Below are positions 1 to 48,843 of a stretch of DNA of 64,000 bases, piece by piece (position 1 is the first letter of the stretch; each line of letters begins with the position of its first letter). The notes below the pieces were generated by a model. The model was not told where the DNA came from. It did no database searches and saw only the letters and a program-made list of their open reading frames with translations. The translations under genes were made by a program, and so were the position numbers. The stretch lies in assembly GCA_964270895.1 (NCBI GenBank), contig OZ185452.1; one strand, 5' to 3'. Origin of the DNA: Podarcis filfolensis. Its lineage: Eukaryota.

Positions 1-1356
1 AAAAAATTGTAGGCATTCCAATCAACAGTTTTCCCAATTGTTGTGCTCTCCTTATAATCTAAGGCATGCTTAGCACAAGACAAAAACTCTGCATGTCTAT
101 CACAGTTGGAATGTTGCAAAGGAGGGAAGGTATTTGTTTTCTTCAGTCTATTTTGGTTTGGTTTTAAAATTTTCCTCCTCCTTTACTTTTAAATGGCACT
201 CTTCCATTCTCCTTGAATTTTCTTTGACCCTGGAAGGATACACAGCTATCTTCCTATTACATCACATACCCCTTCTTCTGCTTTCACGGCTTTCATTATT
301 TTTTGGAGGAACTAGCAAATTTGACTTGCCTAAGCTTAATGCTAGCTTCTAAACTGATTTTATGAGCTCTGATTCTAGATCACATCTCACACTAATGGAA
401 TCATAATCTACAATGTGGGTAGAACCAGCTTTTAAATGCTAGTTGTGCAAAAATGGAACAGTTGTTGATGTGTGATAAATGACAGGACCATGTATAGGCA
501 GAATTAATTTGATGTATTTGGAAAAATCTGGTTGTGCTTCCTCAAGGTAGTAGAATTACTGTTTTTGTTTTTCCTGTTATTCCTGATAAGTATTCAGATA
601 TATACATTGTTTATTTCTTAGTGTGTTACTCAAAAATGTATGATCTTAAAGTGGGGTGGGGAACTGGATCTGGCCAGTGGTGGGTCAAATCCTTATTTCC
701 TTCACTCTACCCCCAGCAACAGGCGAACTTTGACAAGTGGGAAAGTTTTCCTTTCCTGCATGGTTTGAAATAAAAACTGATGTGGATAAAAGCACATGGT
801 GTTAGTTGCAGGTGTTTGTGATCAGCTGATTGTCAGCCCTTGGAAAACCCTATGCCATGATGGTCAGCAGTTGCAAAGTGCTGTGCTTCCCCAGTAGCCT
901 TAGGGAGTTTTCCTTTGGGGCTTGTTAGCACTGTCTGAAAGTACCACTTGCAGATCAACACTTGGGCACTCAGTTTACAAACCCAGTTGCTCAAGCCATG
1001 TCTTTACCTGCTCTGTCCCTGACATCACATATGAGTGTGTTTTGGGGGAATGGTGTCATGAGCCCAGGGGGGCACATCCTGACCTAATTAAACCTGCCGG
1101 CAAGCTGTTCCCAATCCATGGGCTAGATGATTTCATGTTCTGATTGTACAATGCAGCTTTGTATTTCTATGCAAAATGTGGAGTAGGGCGGTAAAAAAAA
1201 AAATGGCAACGAATGCATTGTTGTCACATCTTATTGACAAAACTACTGATTTTTGAATGGAGTAAAACATGCACTTGTACATTTAAATGAGGATTCTCAG
1301 CCGGGGGACATTGTTATGCTATTACTATCCTGGAGCCAGAGCAGAAGATATATAGT

Positions 1357-1463
1357 TAGGGTTGCCATACATTTGGAATTTCCCGGACATATTCAGAATA
1401 CTGCAGCCGCAAGTATACAAAACTGAAAAAGGCTCAACAACTTTTTGAAATATGGCAACCCTA
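1357..1463. mobile_element. 107-bp MITE, hAT-like termini
   Basis: Perfect 13-bp TIR TAGGGTTGCCATA / TATGGCAACCCTA; flanking duplication ATATAGT (1350-1356 and 1464-1470). Confidence 0.8.
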
Positions 1464-3454
1464 ATATAGTGTACTATAAGCAATGCCAAGTCTGTCCACT
1501 TTTGATCTGAAGTAGATGACCAGTGGATATACCAACATACAAACACAAATTGCTACATTTGGGAGTTGTAACACACAACTTGGACAATGACAAATTTACT
1601 TAAACATTTGCTGGCAAATAGAAGACAAGCACTTGACTTTAATCTTTCTCTGCTGCTTAAGCCACTACATGTGAAGTATGTATACAGATAATGAATTTTC
1701 TCCACCTACTACAGGAGATATGTGTTACCATCTGTGGCTGCAGTTGTCAGATTGAAGTGAATAATGAATCTGGTTGGGAGTAAGATGAAGTAAATGGATA
1801 AACAAGAATAATCCATAACAGGCAACCATATAACATTGTTTAAAGAGGCTCAGTGAAGACCACCCAGGACAGGCAACAATTTGCGCATAGTTTGTCTTCT
1901 CTGATTTTTTAAAAAAGCAGGTGACAAGACAGAATGTTCTAGAGAGCTCTGGTTAGGCTGAGGGTGGTCCTCCCTTCAGATTATAATATAATGTTAACTA
2001 CCTGCCTCTGTAAATGTTTGTGCACCTTTGAACAAATTCATTGCAGTTCAAATTCATTGCTAGCATATGAGTGTTGCAGTGGACGTCTTTTTTAAAAAGT
2101 GTACTAGCCTACCTGCCTACACATCTGCTAGCCATTTTGTGGCCTAAAACATCCTAAGTCACTTTAAAGATTCTCTGCCTGAATGCATGAAGGCAGTTCT
2201 TACTTACCACAGGGAACCAGGTGAACAACATTTGCAAGCCTGTACTATGATTTAACAACTTTAGCTATATTTTCCTAAGGCTATGTGGCCTATGCAGGGA
2301 AAACACAAGAGACAAAACATGAGGTTTGAGCTGGAAGTGGGGGAGCCATCATAAGTGATTAATTTTGAACTGACTGGGAGGGGGAAAGCGTTTTGAAATC
2401 TCCCCAAAGCCTTTATGTATACAAGATAGTAGACTTGGGCATTCAGCCACCACTTCACACATAGCCTACTAGTACAAAGTCCCTCTCAGCCAGTGCTTAA
2501 TGCAAATTTGCCTGTGTGCTGCATGTGATGGGGATGCACTTTGTCGGGATATTTGCCCTATGAAATCTTTGTCCCAGACACTGCCCGTGGTTATTCTTTT
2601 TAGCATTTAGCATGGTGGTGTTTTTAAGTGCTGCTGTTTCCCAAGTCCTTCTTTCTTTTATATTTAACTTTCACTTGCCCTTAAACATAGGTGGCTGAAT
2701 GCCAGCTCTTCAAAATCCACTTAGCCAGTTTCCCCTTTTAAAATGAAAAATTGCCAGAATGGCTATTCTCTCAAGCCTGAGGTTTAATGAAGTGTGAAGA
2801 GAGCATTGGTTAATTCCCCCCCCCCCCCGAAAGCTCTACGTTCCATTTTTAATGGAAGAAAGGATAAACGTAGCCTTGTGAGCAAAGAGTTTGATTGATA
2901 AGGTCTGGATTTTGCTGTTTTTGATCAACCAGCAACTGGCACAGACAAGGTCCTCTTGAGAGAGGCAGATATATTGGCCTACTAGATTTTGATATGAATG
3001 AAGCCTGGGTCCAGTGCTTAGCTTGCTCTAGAACAGGGGTTCTAAGTTTTTGCAGAAAACCCCTCTTTCAATCCAATAAAAAGAAATATAGTAACTGCAG
3101 TAAGAACAAGGTTTTGTGGGGGGTTTTTGGCTGATGAGACTCATGCTGGCTCAATTTTGGATACCACAACAAACCATGGTTAAGGAGGGTTACGCATGGT
3201 TTGGCGTGATGTTTGAATGGAGAAACTATAGTTAGTATCTTTTTGCTCTTCCCATGGATGCAATTGCACCACAGAATCAGAAGAGCAGACCTGGTAAAAA
3301 ATGAAAGCAGATGAGCAGCTCTTAACTATGGCTTTATGTTTATGTTTGCAAGGTTTTCATGGTTTCGTGTGTTGTGTCGTCCTAGACCCAGGACCTGAGA
3401 AAATATGATTTTGGGAATCTGTAGCATGTACTAAGTCAATTAGGGCACCACCTG

Positions 3455-3590
3455 CAATGTTTTTCAATCTTGGGTCCGCAGATGTGGTTAGACTACAACT
3501 CCTATCATCCATGACCATTGGCTAAACTGCATGGGGCTGATGGGAGTTGCAGTCCAACAATATCTGAAGCCCCAAGTTTGAAGAACACCG
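3455..3590. mobile_element. Palindromic hAT-type MITE (ACTACAACTCC-core family)
   Basis: Imperfect TIR CAATGTTTTTCAATCTTGGG / CCCAAGTTTGAAGAACACCG; internal inverted GACTACAACTCC / GGGAGTTGCAGTC. Confidence 0.7.
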
Positions 3591-4200
3591 GAGGAAGCTG
3601 TGCTCCAAGTAGAGAGGCATTCACTTTCTATATTAAATCAAGTTATATTTAAGATCAGCCCTTAGGGAATTATGACTGCTGGGACAGCTGTAAGCCCAAT
3701 GTCTCAGAATGGTCCTGTTTTCCCATCTGTTAAGTAAGTCTGTGGTGTTCTCTTATTGAAAATGCCCTCAAAGTGATAAAAAAGCATTGTTCCAATATTA
3801 TTAGATTGGATAACAAAGGTGGATGTTAAGACATCTTTCCCTTAAGCAATTCAATCAGATCAGGTGTTTCTAATGCTCTTTTCTTGATTTTGAATAACTG
3901 TGGGTTGCATTCCCCAACCTTCCAATATTAGGTTTCTTACCCTGTTTTTTTATTAAATAAACATTATACCGCTCTTCAACAGAAACACTCAGGGTGGGTT
4001 ACAATAAAAGATTCATATACAGAGTTGCTTCAAGATGTCAGGCTGAGTATTTTTGTGAACTACAGGCTGAGTATTTATGTGATTCTGAATAAAAGCCTTT
4101 AACTTTCACAGAACTACCTTGCGGTTTCTTTGAGTGATTTGGCAAGGATCCAAAAAGCTACTTGGGACACGCCCAGTCCAATTGTCACAGATTAAAGCTC

Positions 4201-4255
4201 TGTGTGTGTGCGCGCGCGTGTGCACATGCACACACACACACACACACACACACAC
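4201..4255. repeat. Compound (TG)/(CG)/(CA) microsatellite
   Basis: 55 bp of uninterrupted alternating pyrimidine-purine. Confidence 0.95.
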
Positions 4256-5703
4256 CCCTTCAGCTCAAGGGCCATGTGGCAAACTATTTTGAGATGCCTC
4301 TCAGTTTCTAAAGTGCTGGGCGGGGTGCAGTGGGTGGATCCCAATCTTTGTCTTTTATATCAACCTGTGGTGGTATTAGTACTTTCACTTATATGACATT
4401 TCATGAGTTCCTTTTGTGTCAAACATTACAACTTTGAAAATAAAACCCAGATATCATAGTTAAAACAGCAACCAACATTTTTTAAATACAAACAATAGCA
4501 TTCCAAATAACATAGTAAAAACAAGAAAATGGCATTAACTTTGTTGTCTGAGTGGAAAACAAATTAAACAAACATTTCTGACAGCAAAATATAACCCAGG
4601 AAATAGCTTGGTGGCTCTTACTCTACAAAGGACAGATAATTCTGTAGGGTATAGGCCACTCCAGAGAAGGCCTGCTTCCTAAAATTTATACACCTCTTGA
4701 TTGTGAGAAAACCTCTAAGTGGTTTTCAAAAAAGATAAAACAATAAAATTAGAAATAAAACAATAATCATACATGAGGCACAAATACCTTAGAAAATGTA
4801 TATGTAGGAAATGCATATGTAGATAATTGTGGTTGATCTGAACACATTATCCTGAATCTTGTGGTACACAATTCACAGCTTGACAAGCTACAGTGGGCAG
4901 TGAAGGCAGTGTTCTGCTCCTGCAGTCAGCTTCTGACTTATGTTTGATGTAGGTTAGCAGAGCATCTGTTCTGCAGTTCAATCTCACTATGCAGCTCCAT
5001 GCCTCCCTGCTTCTTGGTGTTCATCAGTCTCTTTCCCTGTCTGCCCTTTAGAATTTGCTGCCGTTATAGGTTCATCAATTTGAGCAGATGAGAGATGGGC
5101 CATGGAAGGCGTAGGTATGATTTTGGTACATAAATGGTGCAGTCAGAAAACTTTTCCTTTTCAGCCTCCCCTCCCCTTTTCCTCTTCACCGACAAAGATG
5201 GATAACAGAACCCTTAACAACAACAAAAAATTCCCTTCTTCCTCAAGGCTTTCCTGTGGTCCACACATTAGACTTAGGCTTAAGCTAGCTATTGTCAACT
5301 TGCCATCTATCCAAAAACCTCTTTCCTAAAGGAAGTGTGTATTGGTCAGTGTATAAAGTGTTAAGCTTTCCAAGTCCTAATGGACCATCAAAAGTCACCT
5401 CCATCCATATGAATCTACCTAACCCTTGAGATCTAGTGAGATTTTGCTATGCGTTCTCCCTGTCAGTGGAAGAACGGTGGGTAAATATGAGAGAATGGCC
5501 TATTCTTTGGTGGCACAGAGACAGAATGTCCTGTCTGGCCTCATTGCCTCTAACCTTTAAAAAATGATTAATATGTTTTCTGGCAGGCATTATCTGCTAT
5601 ACTATTTTAATGCAGAGGTTTTACTGTTGCTGTCTGTTGCAGACTGATTTGTTTTCTGTGATGGTTTTAAAATTTATTTTTGATACATTGTGTTATTCTT
5701 ATA

Positions 5704-5944
5704 CAGTGGTACCTTGGTTCTTGAACGTAATCCGTTCCGGAAGTCCATTCGACTTCTGAAATGTTCGGAAACCAAGGTGTGGCTTCCAATTCGTGCAGGC
5801 GCCCTGGAAACAATAGCCGACAGTCTCATTGGATGTTCGGCTTCCGAAAAGTGTTTGAAAACTGGAACACTTACTTCTGGGTTTTCGGTGTTCGGGAGCC
5901 GAAATGTTCGAGTACCAAGGCGTTCAAGAACCAAGGTTCCATTG
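5704..5944. mobile_element. 241-bp Tc1/mariner (Tigger/pogo-like) MITE
   Basis: 23-bp TIR CAGTGGTACCTTGGTTCTTGAAC (21/23 match at right end), TA target duplication on both sides, subterminal GTTCG repeats. Confidence 0.9.
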
Positions 5945-8649
5945 TATACTACTTTGAATATATTGTTTATAAAATGGTGGAATTAAAAATGCTAAAAGTA
6001 AAACAGGATAGTTTGAAACTCAGTCACTTGCAGCAATTCCCACTCAGTTCTATTTTTGTTAGCTTTTGCTGTTCAGTAACACACACTATTCTGTAGCCCT
6101 TTGGCTTTTAAACTAAATTTATTAATTTTAAATGCATCAAAAAAGCCTTAATGAAAAATACCTGTTGGGGATTCTGAAAGAAACTGTGTTTCCTCTTTAA
6201 GTGTGAGAACTTGTTTATAGATTAAGGACAGAATATATTGCATGTCCTGCTAAAAGAAAATAACACTGTTAATATTGACTGAACAAATAAGCAAATTAAA
6301 GGCCCTTCAATGTGATGGGAGACTTGAGGTTTTAAGATGAATATGGATTTTAGCTATCTGGTCTTATTTTTAGAAGAGAAGCCATAGAAACATCACTTGA
6401 AAGTTGAACTCACTTTGGATACAGACTGGAAAGAAGTCATACTTTAGTTCCCTTTTGCATAAAATTGGGTGTAGGGAGGAGAAAAACGGCACATCTGTGT
6501 GGCCTGCATGAATCTTGTAGCCCTGAATTTCTGCTTTGCTCTCATTACCACTGATAAATGGTGGGGTTTTTAATTGGATATCAATGCTTCAGTTGATTAA
6601 TCAGTAGATTAAAGTGTACATTCCTAAAAGATGCCTTACAGTAATTAACTGCATCACCTCAAGGGGAAAGGCTAGTTGTCGGCTAACCTACACTTGACCT
6701 TGCTCTTAATTTAGATGAAAGCTTTGGGGACCAAAGTACAGTAGTAATTTCTGGGTGGAGTTGGAGCCACCCTGTACTGAGTTTCCGCCCTGTGTTCAAA
6801 TCCTGCTGGCACTTGTCTGGATCTTACCAATTTGAGCTAGACATATTTGAATTTTCTGTCATAGCTGCATTATTTCTTTGCACTTCCTGCAAAAATGTCT
6901 GGGCTTTTATGTTGGACTATAAGTTTTTAACCTTGGTCACAATGAGCCCACCCCAGAAGTATGGAAGAATTGACTTGAGCTATGTAACATTGAAGGAAGA
7001 CCATTCAATACCAGTGGGAACTGTGAACTTTGTCTCAGGCAGTGAATGGGCAGAGTAATAGAAAGGGCTGCAAAAACCTGTGCTGTGGTGTTGAGGTTCC
7101 AAAGGGTAGTTTTGCAAAGGTGAAGGTGTTGATCTGTTGGCTCCAGTGGTGGTCCATTGATGAGGAAAATATGCTTCCACTCAGACTATATTTCAAGGAT
7201 CCAGGTTTTTCAAAGCCAGGGTTTGTCAAGACAATTCAATCCCAAGACAGTATCAAGAGTTCAGGACCCAGGAAGAATTAGGTTGGCAGCTGGAGGAATT
7301 AAGATCTATTTCCAACCAAAATTTGTACAGCTATTCCTGTTAATAGCATCTTTTCCACAGACTTGTTTTTATGTTCTGAAAACTCTCCTGCACCATTGTC
7401 AGTACTGTTGACAAGGACTGCTTGTTGACGGGGAAGAATGGGGCAAATTCAAAACACCAGGAGAGAGAGTATATGCCTGCAGATTTAGTAATGACTGCAT
7501 TAAAATAATGAAAACAAGAGCAACCATAACTTTAGCATCCAGACATGGGAAATTTCCCCTCTAGTCTTGAGGTCAGAGATTCTGGGTTCCCTTAGGAGGA
7601 AGGGCAGAATAGAAATTGAATAAATAATGTTCCTTTGCACAATATCCAAATGACTTAAACATGAATTTATCCAGGAAATAAACCTGTGAAAACAAGCTTC
7701 CTGCTAGTGAGCAATTAAATCTCATGAAGTTTTGAAATGTTGTGATGACATTTGTGTTCAAGTTCAGAACCCAGTTTCCTTCCTGTGCACGTGAGTTCTC
7801 TCCTTCTGTGTTGTGTGAGGTTGCATTTTAGACTCTCAAATTTGACCTCCACTTTCCCTGTAGTCATCTGGGTCCTGAAGTAGCCACACACAAATAACTT
7901 GATTAATTATCAATACTTTATGCACAATACATCCAAACGAAATGTTGTACCATATTTTAAACCTAGTATTACCATTTCAGAACCTCTAGGGTTAAGCAAG
8001 CAAGAAAGTTCTAAACAGATAAAAGGCTTATTATTGTAGAAATGTCAATAGTGCAACAAGAGCTTATCCTTTATATAACATTTCCAGCATGAATTCTTAG
8101 CTTCTGCTTACATTATTATATTAACTTTATAATCTTGACAAAATGGAAAGCTTTCTAGTACACACAGAAAGAGATGTGCATGTATGTGTTGAAAAAATGA
8201 AATGAAAAGGACTTATCCTCCTGGCAAGTGCCACTCGGAAATCTGTTTTCTGTGCCTCTTGGCATACTTGAAGATAACAGTCTGTTTCACTCAAGTTTCA
8301 ATCTGAGCCAAATGGATTCAGATTGCCTACATATGGAGAATTCATGATAGGTAAAGGACAAAATTGGTAGCATTGCCCTGCCTCCTAAGCTGCCTTGTGT
8401 TCTGGAAGGCTGGAAGAGTGTGCTGTTCTTGATCATTTTCTTGATAGAAATATACAGTAAAATACTGATTTCAACAGCCTTGTTTGGGGAGCTGGAAGTG
8501 GAGAGGAGAGACTGTTCCAGGTGCTTTATAGTTCAAGAAAGGGTAAACCTTTTGTCCTTTCACAATGGGCAAATGTATTTATGTAAAAGTTTTTGTTTCA
8601 GGAATCCCTGATCTATAATCTATGTTTTTTATTTCATTTCACTTGACAG

Positions 8650-43664
<35,015 letters not shown>

Positions 43665-46600
43665 TGATGACAACACGGTGGTCCCTCCTGTGTCCTCATC
43701 ACTCTGCTGCAATGCGGCATCACCTCTGTCCAAACCATCAGCCAAATCAGAGCTGTCCTGTGGTAACTTCACCCATGTTGCATTACTGTGTGTTGATCTG
43801 GTCTCGCCAGGGAGGGACCAGCCTCTGGTGCCAAGAGAGATGCTACATTTTTGTCTCCAGCCAAGGAGCCGCCCGCCAATTGCTTTCTCATATTTTTCTG
43901 CCACATCGTGTCGTGGGTGTCCAGCCTCCATCTGTGCTGAGTGCGTTGCATTTTGGAAACGAATCCCAAAATACTTGGATTCTACTGGTTTCCCATCACT
44001 CCTGGCGCACACTCCTTCTCTGAGCTGGCATGCCTGTGTCTTCCTGAAGAATGTGTTTGAGAACTTGTGGTCCACAAAACTTCGCCTTTAACAATATTGT
44101 TCTTTTTTACATTTTAGCTTTTGCTGAGCCAACCGAGAGCTTTACTGAGCACCCACTCTCAAAGTTCTCCTTTTCAACCTCAGCCTTTCCAAAAGCACAA
44201 AGCTTGCAAAGCCCACATTGGCTGTTGTGTTAGCAACCAAACTCAACCCCATCTGGTTCTTGCCAGTAGTAGGCAAGGCCCTTTCTCCTGCCGCCAACCC
44301 ATCCTGTGTCACGTTGCTAGGTCAAACATGCCAGGTTGGTGGAAGGAGCCTCAGCAATCTTGCGCGGTTGCCACTCCTTGCAAAGATGAGGAGCAGAAAA
44401 GTCAGTTGTAGGGAGCTAGAAGCAGACACTTTTCTTGAACAGGCACACCCACTGCTCTCCCATGGCTGTGTCCCTTCACTCTTTCATGTTTGTACTGCTC
44501 TTTTCTTACACTTCCCCTCATCTCACCTTCAAAGTGTTTTTTAAAAGAGCTTAGGTCACCTAAGTTACATTTCCATTTCTTTGTAAGACTCCACTTGCTA
44601 GAGTGGCATCACAGTGCAGTGAGGGGTGGGGAAGGTTGTCCACCATACTGAAGAGTTGGATAACTTCATTAGACAGCGTGTCCTGAAACTCACCCTGTTC
44701 ATCTGTGTTTGGCAACACCTCTGAGAGGTGTGTACTCCCAGCCACATGCCACAGTCAAGAGAGGCTACACCTTGTTCCTCTGCCCTCTTTCTGGCTCCTG
44801 AGCCTGCCTTGTGGTGTGATGCATCTCATCACAAGGAGATACTTTGGGGGGACCTGCTCAGCCATCTGTGCTGTCTACTTGTCACAGCCATTTATAAGGC
44901 ATGGTTGGGATCCCAGCAGCATTCCTTCCCTTTTGGCATTTCAGTTTTGGGGTTTTTATTTGAAGTAGCCCCATGTTGCAGAGCCTCTGGGAACTCTATG
45001 TGCCATACCAGAAGTAGCAGACTTTGCCAATCATTCTTCTTCTGAGCGCTCGCCTTGGCAGGCAAGAGATCAGCCTTTGCCTTGAGTCTTGAAGGGAGCA
45101 AGTTGAATAGCTGCAGGGGTTGGATGCATGGCTGAGACCAGAGGTTCCTTGACAGTGATGCAAAATAGCTTTACCAGCTGCAACATAGTGATGCTTAAGG
45201 AAGACTGGAGAAAAGGCTACCTTTGTGTAGCAAGCCTGCACTTCAGAGGGCAGTTTTTGTGTGCTTGATATGCACTTCTGTCCCTCAAAGACCTTCCCTC
45301 CTTTCTTCTCCAAGCATTGGCACTCCTGTTTTGTTTTCTGTTTTTTTGCTAAGGTAGTAAAACATGAAAACAAACGGGGGCCCTTGAAGCTGGTATTGCA
45401 GGGGACAAATGGGAGCCACCTTGCCTCTTCTCCTAGAGCACTTTGTCAGCAGCTCTATGATGCTTCCAGGGAGCTGTGCTGCTTTTTAACCCTGACCAGC
45501 AATAAATCAAACCACCCCTACTGTGGGGTTTGGCAGCACATCATCAGCCCACTTTATTGGCTGTTCGAAACGGCTTTGGGGCCATCATAATGCTTAAGCA
45601 CTTAACTGCTCGTAGCATACAGTGTGGCTCTGTCAAACAGTGGAGTGTACAATCCACATTCAGTCTTTTAGATGGCTTTTAGATTTTTGAATCCAAATAT
45701 ATTTTCAGAGGCCCCAAAATTTAGCTTAAAGTAACTGTGTGTGCAAGCAGAGTGAAATTTTGTCTAGCTGGAAGTGGTGATTCTGGTTTCTAGGCTATTA
45801 CAGTGGAAGGGGAAATGTGGAGGTGGCAGGGAGAGAGCTGGCTTTATAAATAACTCTTGAGCAATCTGCTCTGCTTCCCAGATTGAAAGAGGAGGACCCA
45901 GGCAAGCTCTTTGCCTTCAGGAAGTTTCTCCCCAAGGCCAGTTCTTTTAGGCTTGTCCTTGAGCCACTGCAGCTGTTTCTTGAGAGAGAGATCCCAAGAA
46001 GAATGATGATAAGTACCAGCAGCTTCGTTCACCTCATGCCCCTGGGCGGGGTGTCCCCTCCGAGGCTTAACTGGCAGTGGGCCCCTGGATCGGATTGCAT
46101 CCCCCTTGTTGTGGAGTCTCGGTGGCAGATAAAAACACCTGTACACTTTTTTCCATTTCCTTCTCTTGGCTCCTGCTGCTGTGGCTATGTTACAAATGTG
46201 GCTTTTGTACTACTCTGTCCCAAGCAATGGTCTCAGAGCCACAAAGTGAACTTGATCTTGTGCGTCTGTCCTAAACACCGCAGCCCCTGCCTCAAGGAGG
46301 AGATGTCACAGATATCTTGGCATGCTACATATTTTGTTTTGAGTTAGATCTCTCTTTGTGTCCTCCCCACTCATTGAATACTGAATAAACTCCTTGGCTC
46401 AAATGTGGGAAAGGAGGTTCATACCAATATGTCACTTACCCCATGGGCTTTGGGGGCAAGTACTGCTTCCTCTGCATGAAAGGGAGTGGGGTGCCACCCA
46501 CACGGGGTATTTAAATAAGCACAACTCTGAACATTTTCTTCCTACTTGCTCTGTAGAAATGTTTCCTGTCTCATTTCCATATTCATTTGCCTTCCTCCAT

Positions 46601-48485
46601 AAGCAAATGTCTGAGAGAGCCTGCAAAAGGCAACCCATTTCCAAGTTGGGAGAAGCAAGGGAGCAGTTTGGCTCCAAGTAGCCAATGTCCAGGATTCTTT
46701 GACACTTTGCCATGGAAATATCCACCCTAATGGGCTTCCATTTTAAGATCTTTTTTTTTTTAGGTTCGGCCTGTGAAACTTACGACCTTCCCTAAGCTGA
46801 GTGAGGTCCACCAGCAGCACATGGTAGCACACCAGGAGCTCAGTAAGCTTGATATTGTTGTTCAAAACTTTAAAAATGGAGAGATTGTTGAGCACCTGGC
46901 AGGCTACAGTCAGTGGTGGTGGTGGGCAGGTAACAAGCTGTGCTTGTCAAGAACAGGGTGGAACTTACGAGTGGATGGGATTCATTCAGCAACCAATCAA
47001 CTCTGCCTTCACCATGGTTTAATTTTCATGACCTCCTCTTGGTTGCCTTTGGCCAATCGGAAATGGATGTGGGAGAAGGGCAAGTAGTGACAGAAGTCTG
47101 TGTCTGTAGCTGCATCCTGGGCTTCTGTAGACGTGCACACTAGTGCCCCCGCCCACTCCACAAGTCAGATTGGTGCAGTGTTGACACCGTATGTGCCCAT
47201 CTGTCAGTCAAACCAGTGCAGGACCGCCTCACACGTGTTGCATTTTTCTTTGTGGCCTGGCTGTTCAGATTCATGCTTTGCAAAGGCGCACACACACTCT
47301 TGCTCTCACAGCTGTGGTCTGGGACAGAGAGGGCTTGTTAAGCTTGGGCTTCTTAGAATTTGTGAAACCACTTGCAGGACTAGGGGCAGACAGCTGGCTT
47401 GGTTCTCCCCCCTCCTTTTTCCCTTTAGGGTCTCCAGTGTTTAACCTTCCTGCACCCATAATGCACAAGGGAGTGGAAGGGAAGTTCATTCCAAGAAGCA
47501 GCTGTCCAGATAGCTCTGGAAACAAAGTCCTGCAGCTGCTTGCTTTGGAATGGGTGTGCATGCAGCATCCTCCCAGTGCAAACTGTTGGCACTGTAGGAA
47601 GGATCCTGACACTCTATCCAGTCCTTTGGCTTACCATCTCCCCTTCTTAAGTGGGTGGCCCTTTCTCTTCCCTGAGGAATGCAGGTTCAGGAGGCTAAGC
47701 TGAATGGATGTGCCTCCGAGCATGATGGACAGGAGTCGCTCCCACATTAAGCACTTTGTCCTTTGTGCCTAGCGAAAGGTGAAAGTCACAGACTCCTAAC
47801 ATGGAAGGAAAATCACCCTGCCTCAGGGACATGCAGATGGGCTAGCAACTCCAAGAACCACACACATCATATTCATTCCCTGAGCATCATTTCACTTGGT
47901 TCCTCCTTACCCCAGTACCCACCTACCACTCCTGAGCCAGCCCCACGAAAGAGCCTACCAAAGAGTACACTCTTCCCCAGGGAATGACACTCCCAGGAAA
48001 GGGCCACGGTGGGGAGGCACTCTGCTCCAGGGAGCTCTCCAAGGTCTCTGTTCATTGCTTCCGTACAGCCTTGCCTCAGGCCTAATTTCTCATGTCTCGA
48101 CTGTTACAGTAAGTGTGTCCATCTGAGGACCATTGTGTTTCCTGTTTTTGCTGTGTGGATTTTGCACATTCTGGAACTTTTGTCTATAAATTCAGATTAT
48201 CTGGATTTTTGTGTCTGTTATGTATCCCAGCCACTGTACATAAATATGAGTTTTGTATATAATCTCATTTTATTCTCCTTTCTTTTTGTAAGTGTGTTGA
48301 TTCTCTTGGTTTGTACTGCAGGCTCCAAACGATCCACATTAAGAATCTCTGCTTGTTTAAATTTTGGAGCCTTGTTGGTATTTGATGCATTCTATCCTTG
48401 GCGGGTGGGGTCTGTTGTCTCCCCACTCCCACTCACTATTTTTGGAGTTTTTCATTAAATAAATTGTGTTTTTTAAAATAATACT
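43665..48485 (+). other. PACS1: Probable PACS1 3' UTR (distal end inferred)
   Basis: No recognisable TE over ~4.8 kb. AATAAA at 45501 and 46384; overlapping ATTAAA/AATAAA at 48454-48463 preceded by TGTA- and U-rich sequence typical of mRNA 3' ends. Confidence 0.55.
48454..48463 (+). terminator. Candidate distal polyadenylation signal of PACS1
   Basis: ATTAAATAAA with upstream TGTA elements and downstream TTGTGTTTTTT. Confidence 0.55.
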
Positions 48486-48843
48486 TTAAAATCTCAAGCT
48501 TGATCACTTTATGCTTTAGTTCCTCCTTAAAGCTCCTTGGATATGGTCCACATGAGAATAGCAAAGGGGCAATACGAGAGAACCAGCCACTAAGACTTCA
48601 CTTTTCCAAAATCTAAAGCAGAGAACTGGGGCGGGAGGCCTTATAGTTGGAATGGATAAAGTGCATTTCAACTTGCTATGTTTTGCTTTTCGGAAATGCA
48701 CAAAGAATGTGACTATTTTGCAGCTGGCACAACAGTCCTCTGGGGGAAAACAAAAGCTTATAAATCACAGAAGCAAAAATATTCTGACACTTTGGCCATG
48801 GGTAATAGCAGTGTGGAATTTAAAGCTCTCCTATACCTTATAC

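Noticed and set aside
4036-4189. Short TGT...ACA segment with a direct repeat and AATAAA, resembling an LTR 3' end
   Set aside because: No TSD and no promoter part; too short to call.
6940-7411. Cluster of ORFs; minus-strand TFTFAKLPFG resembles an LTR/DIRS reverse-transcriptase LPFG motif
   Set aside because: No downstream YxDD motif and no consistent frame; too weak without a profile search.
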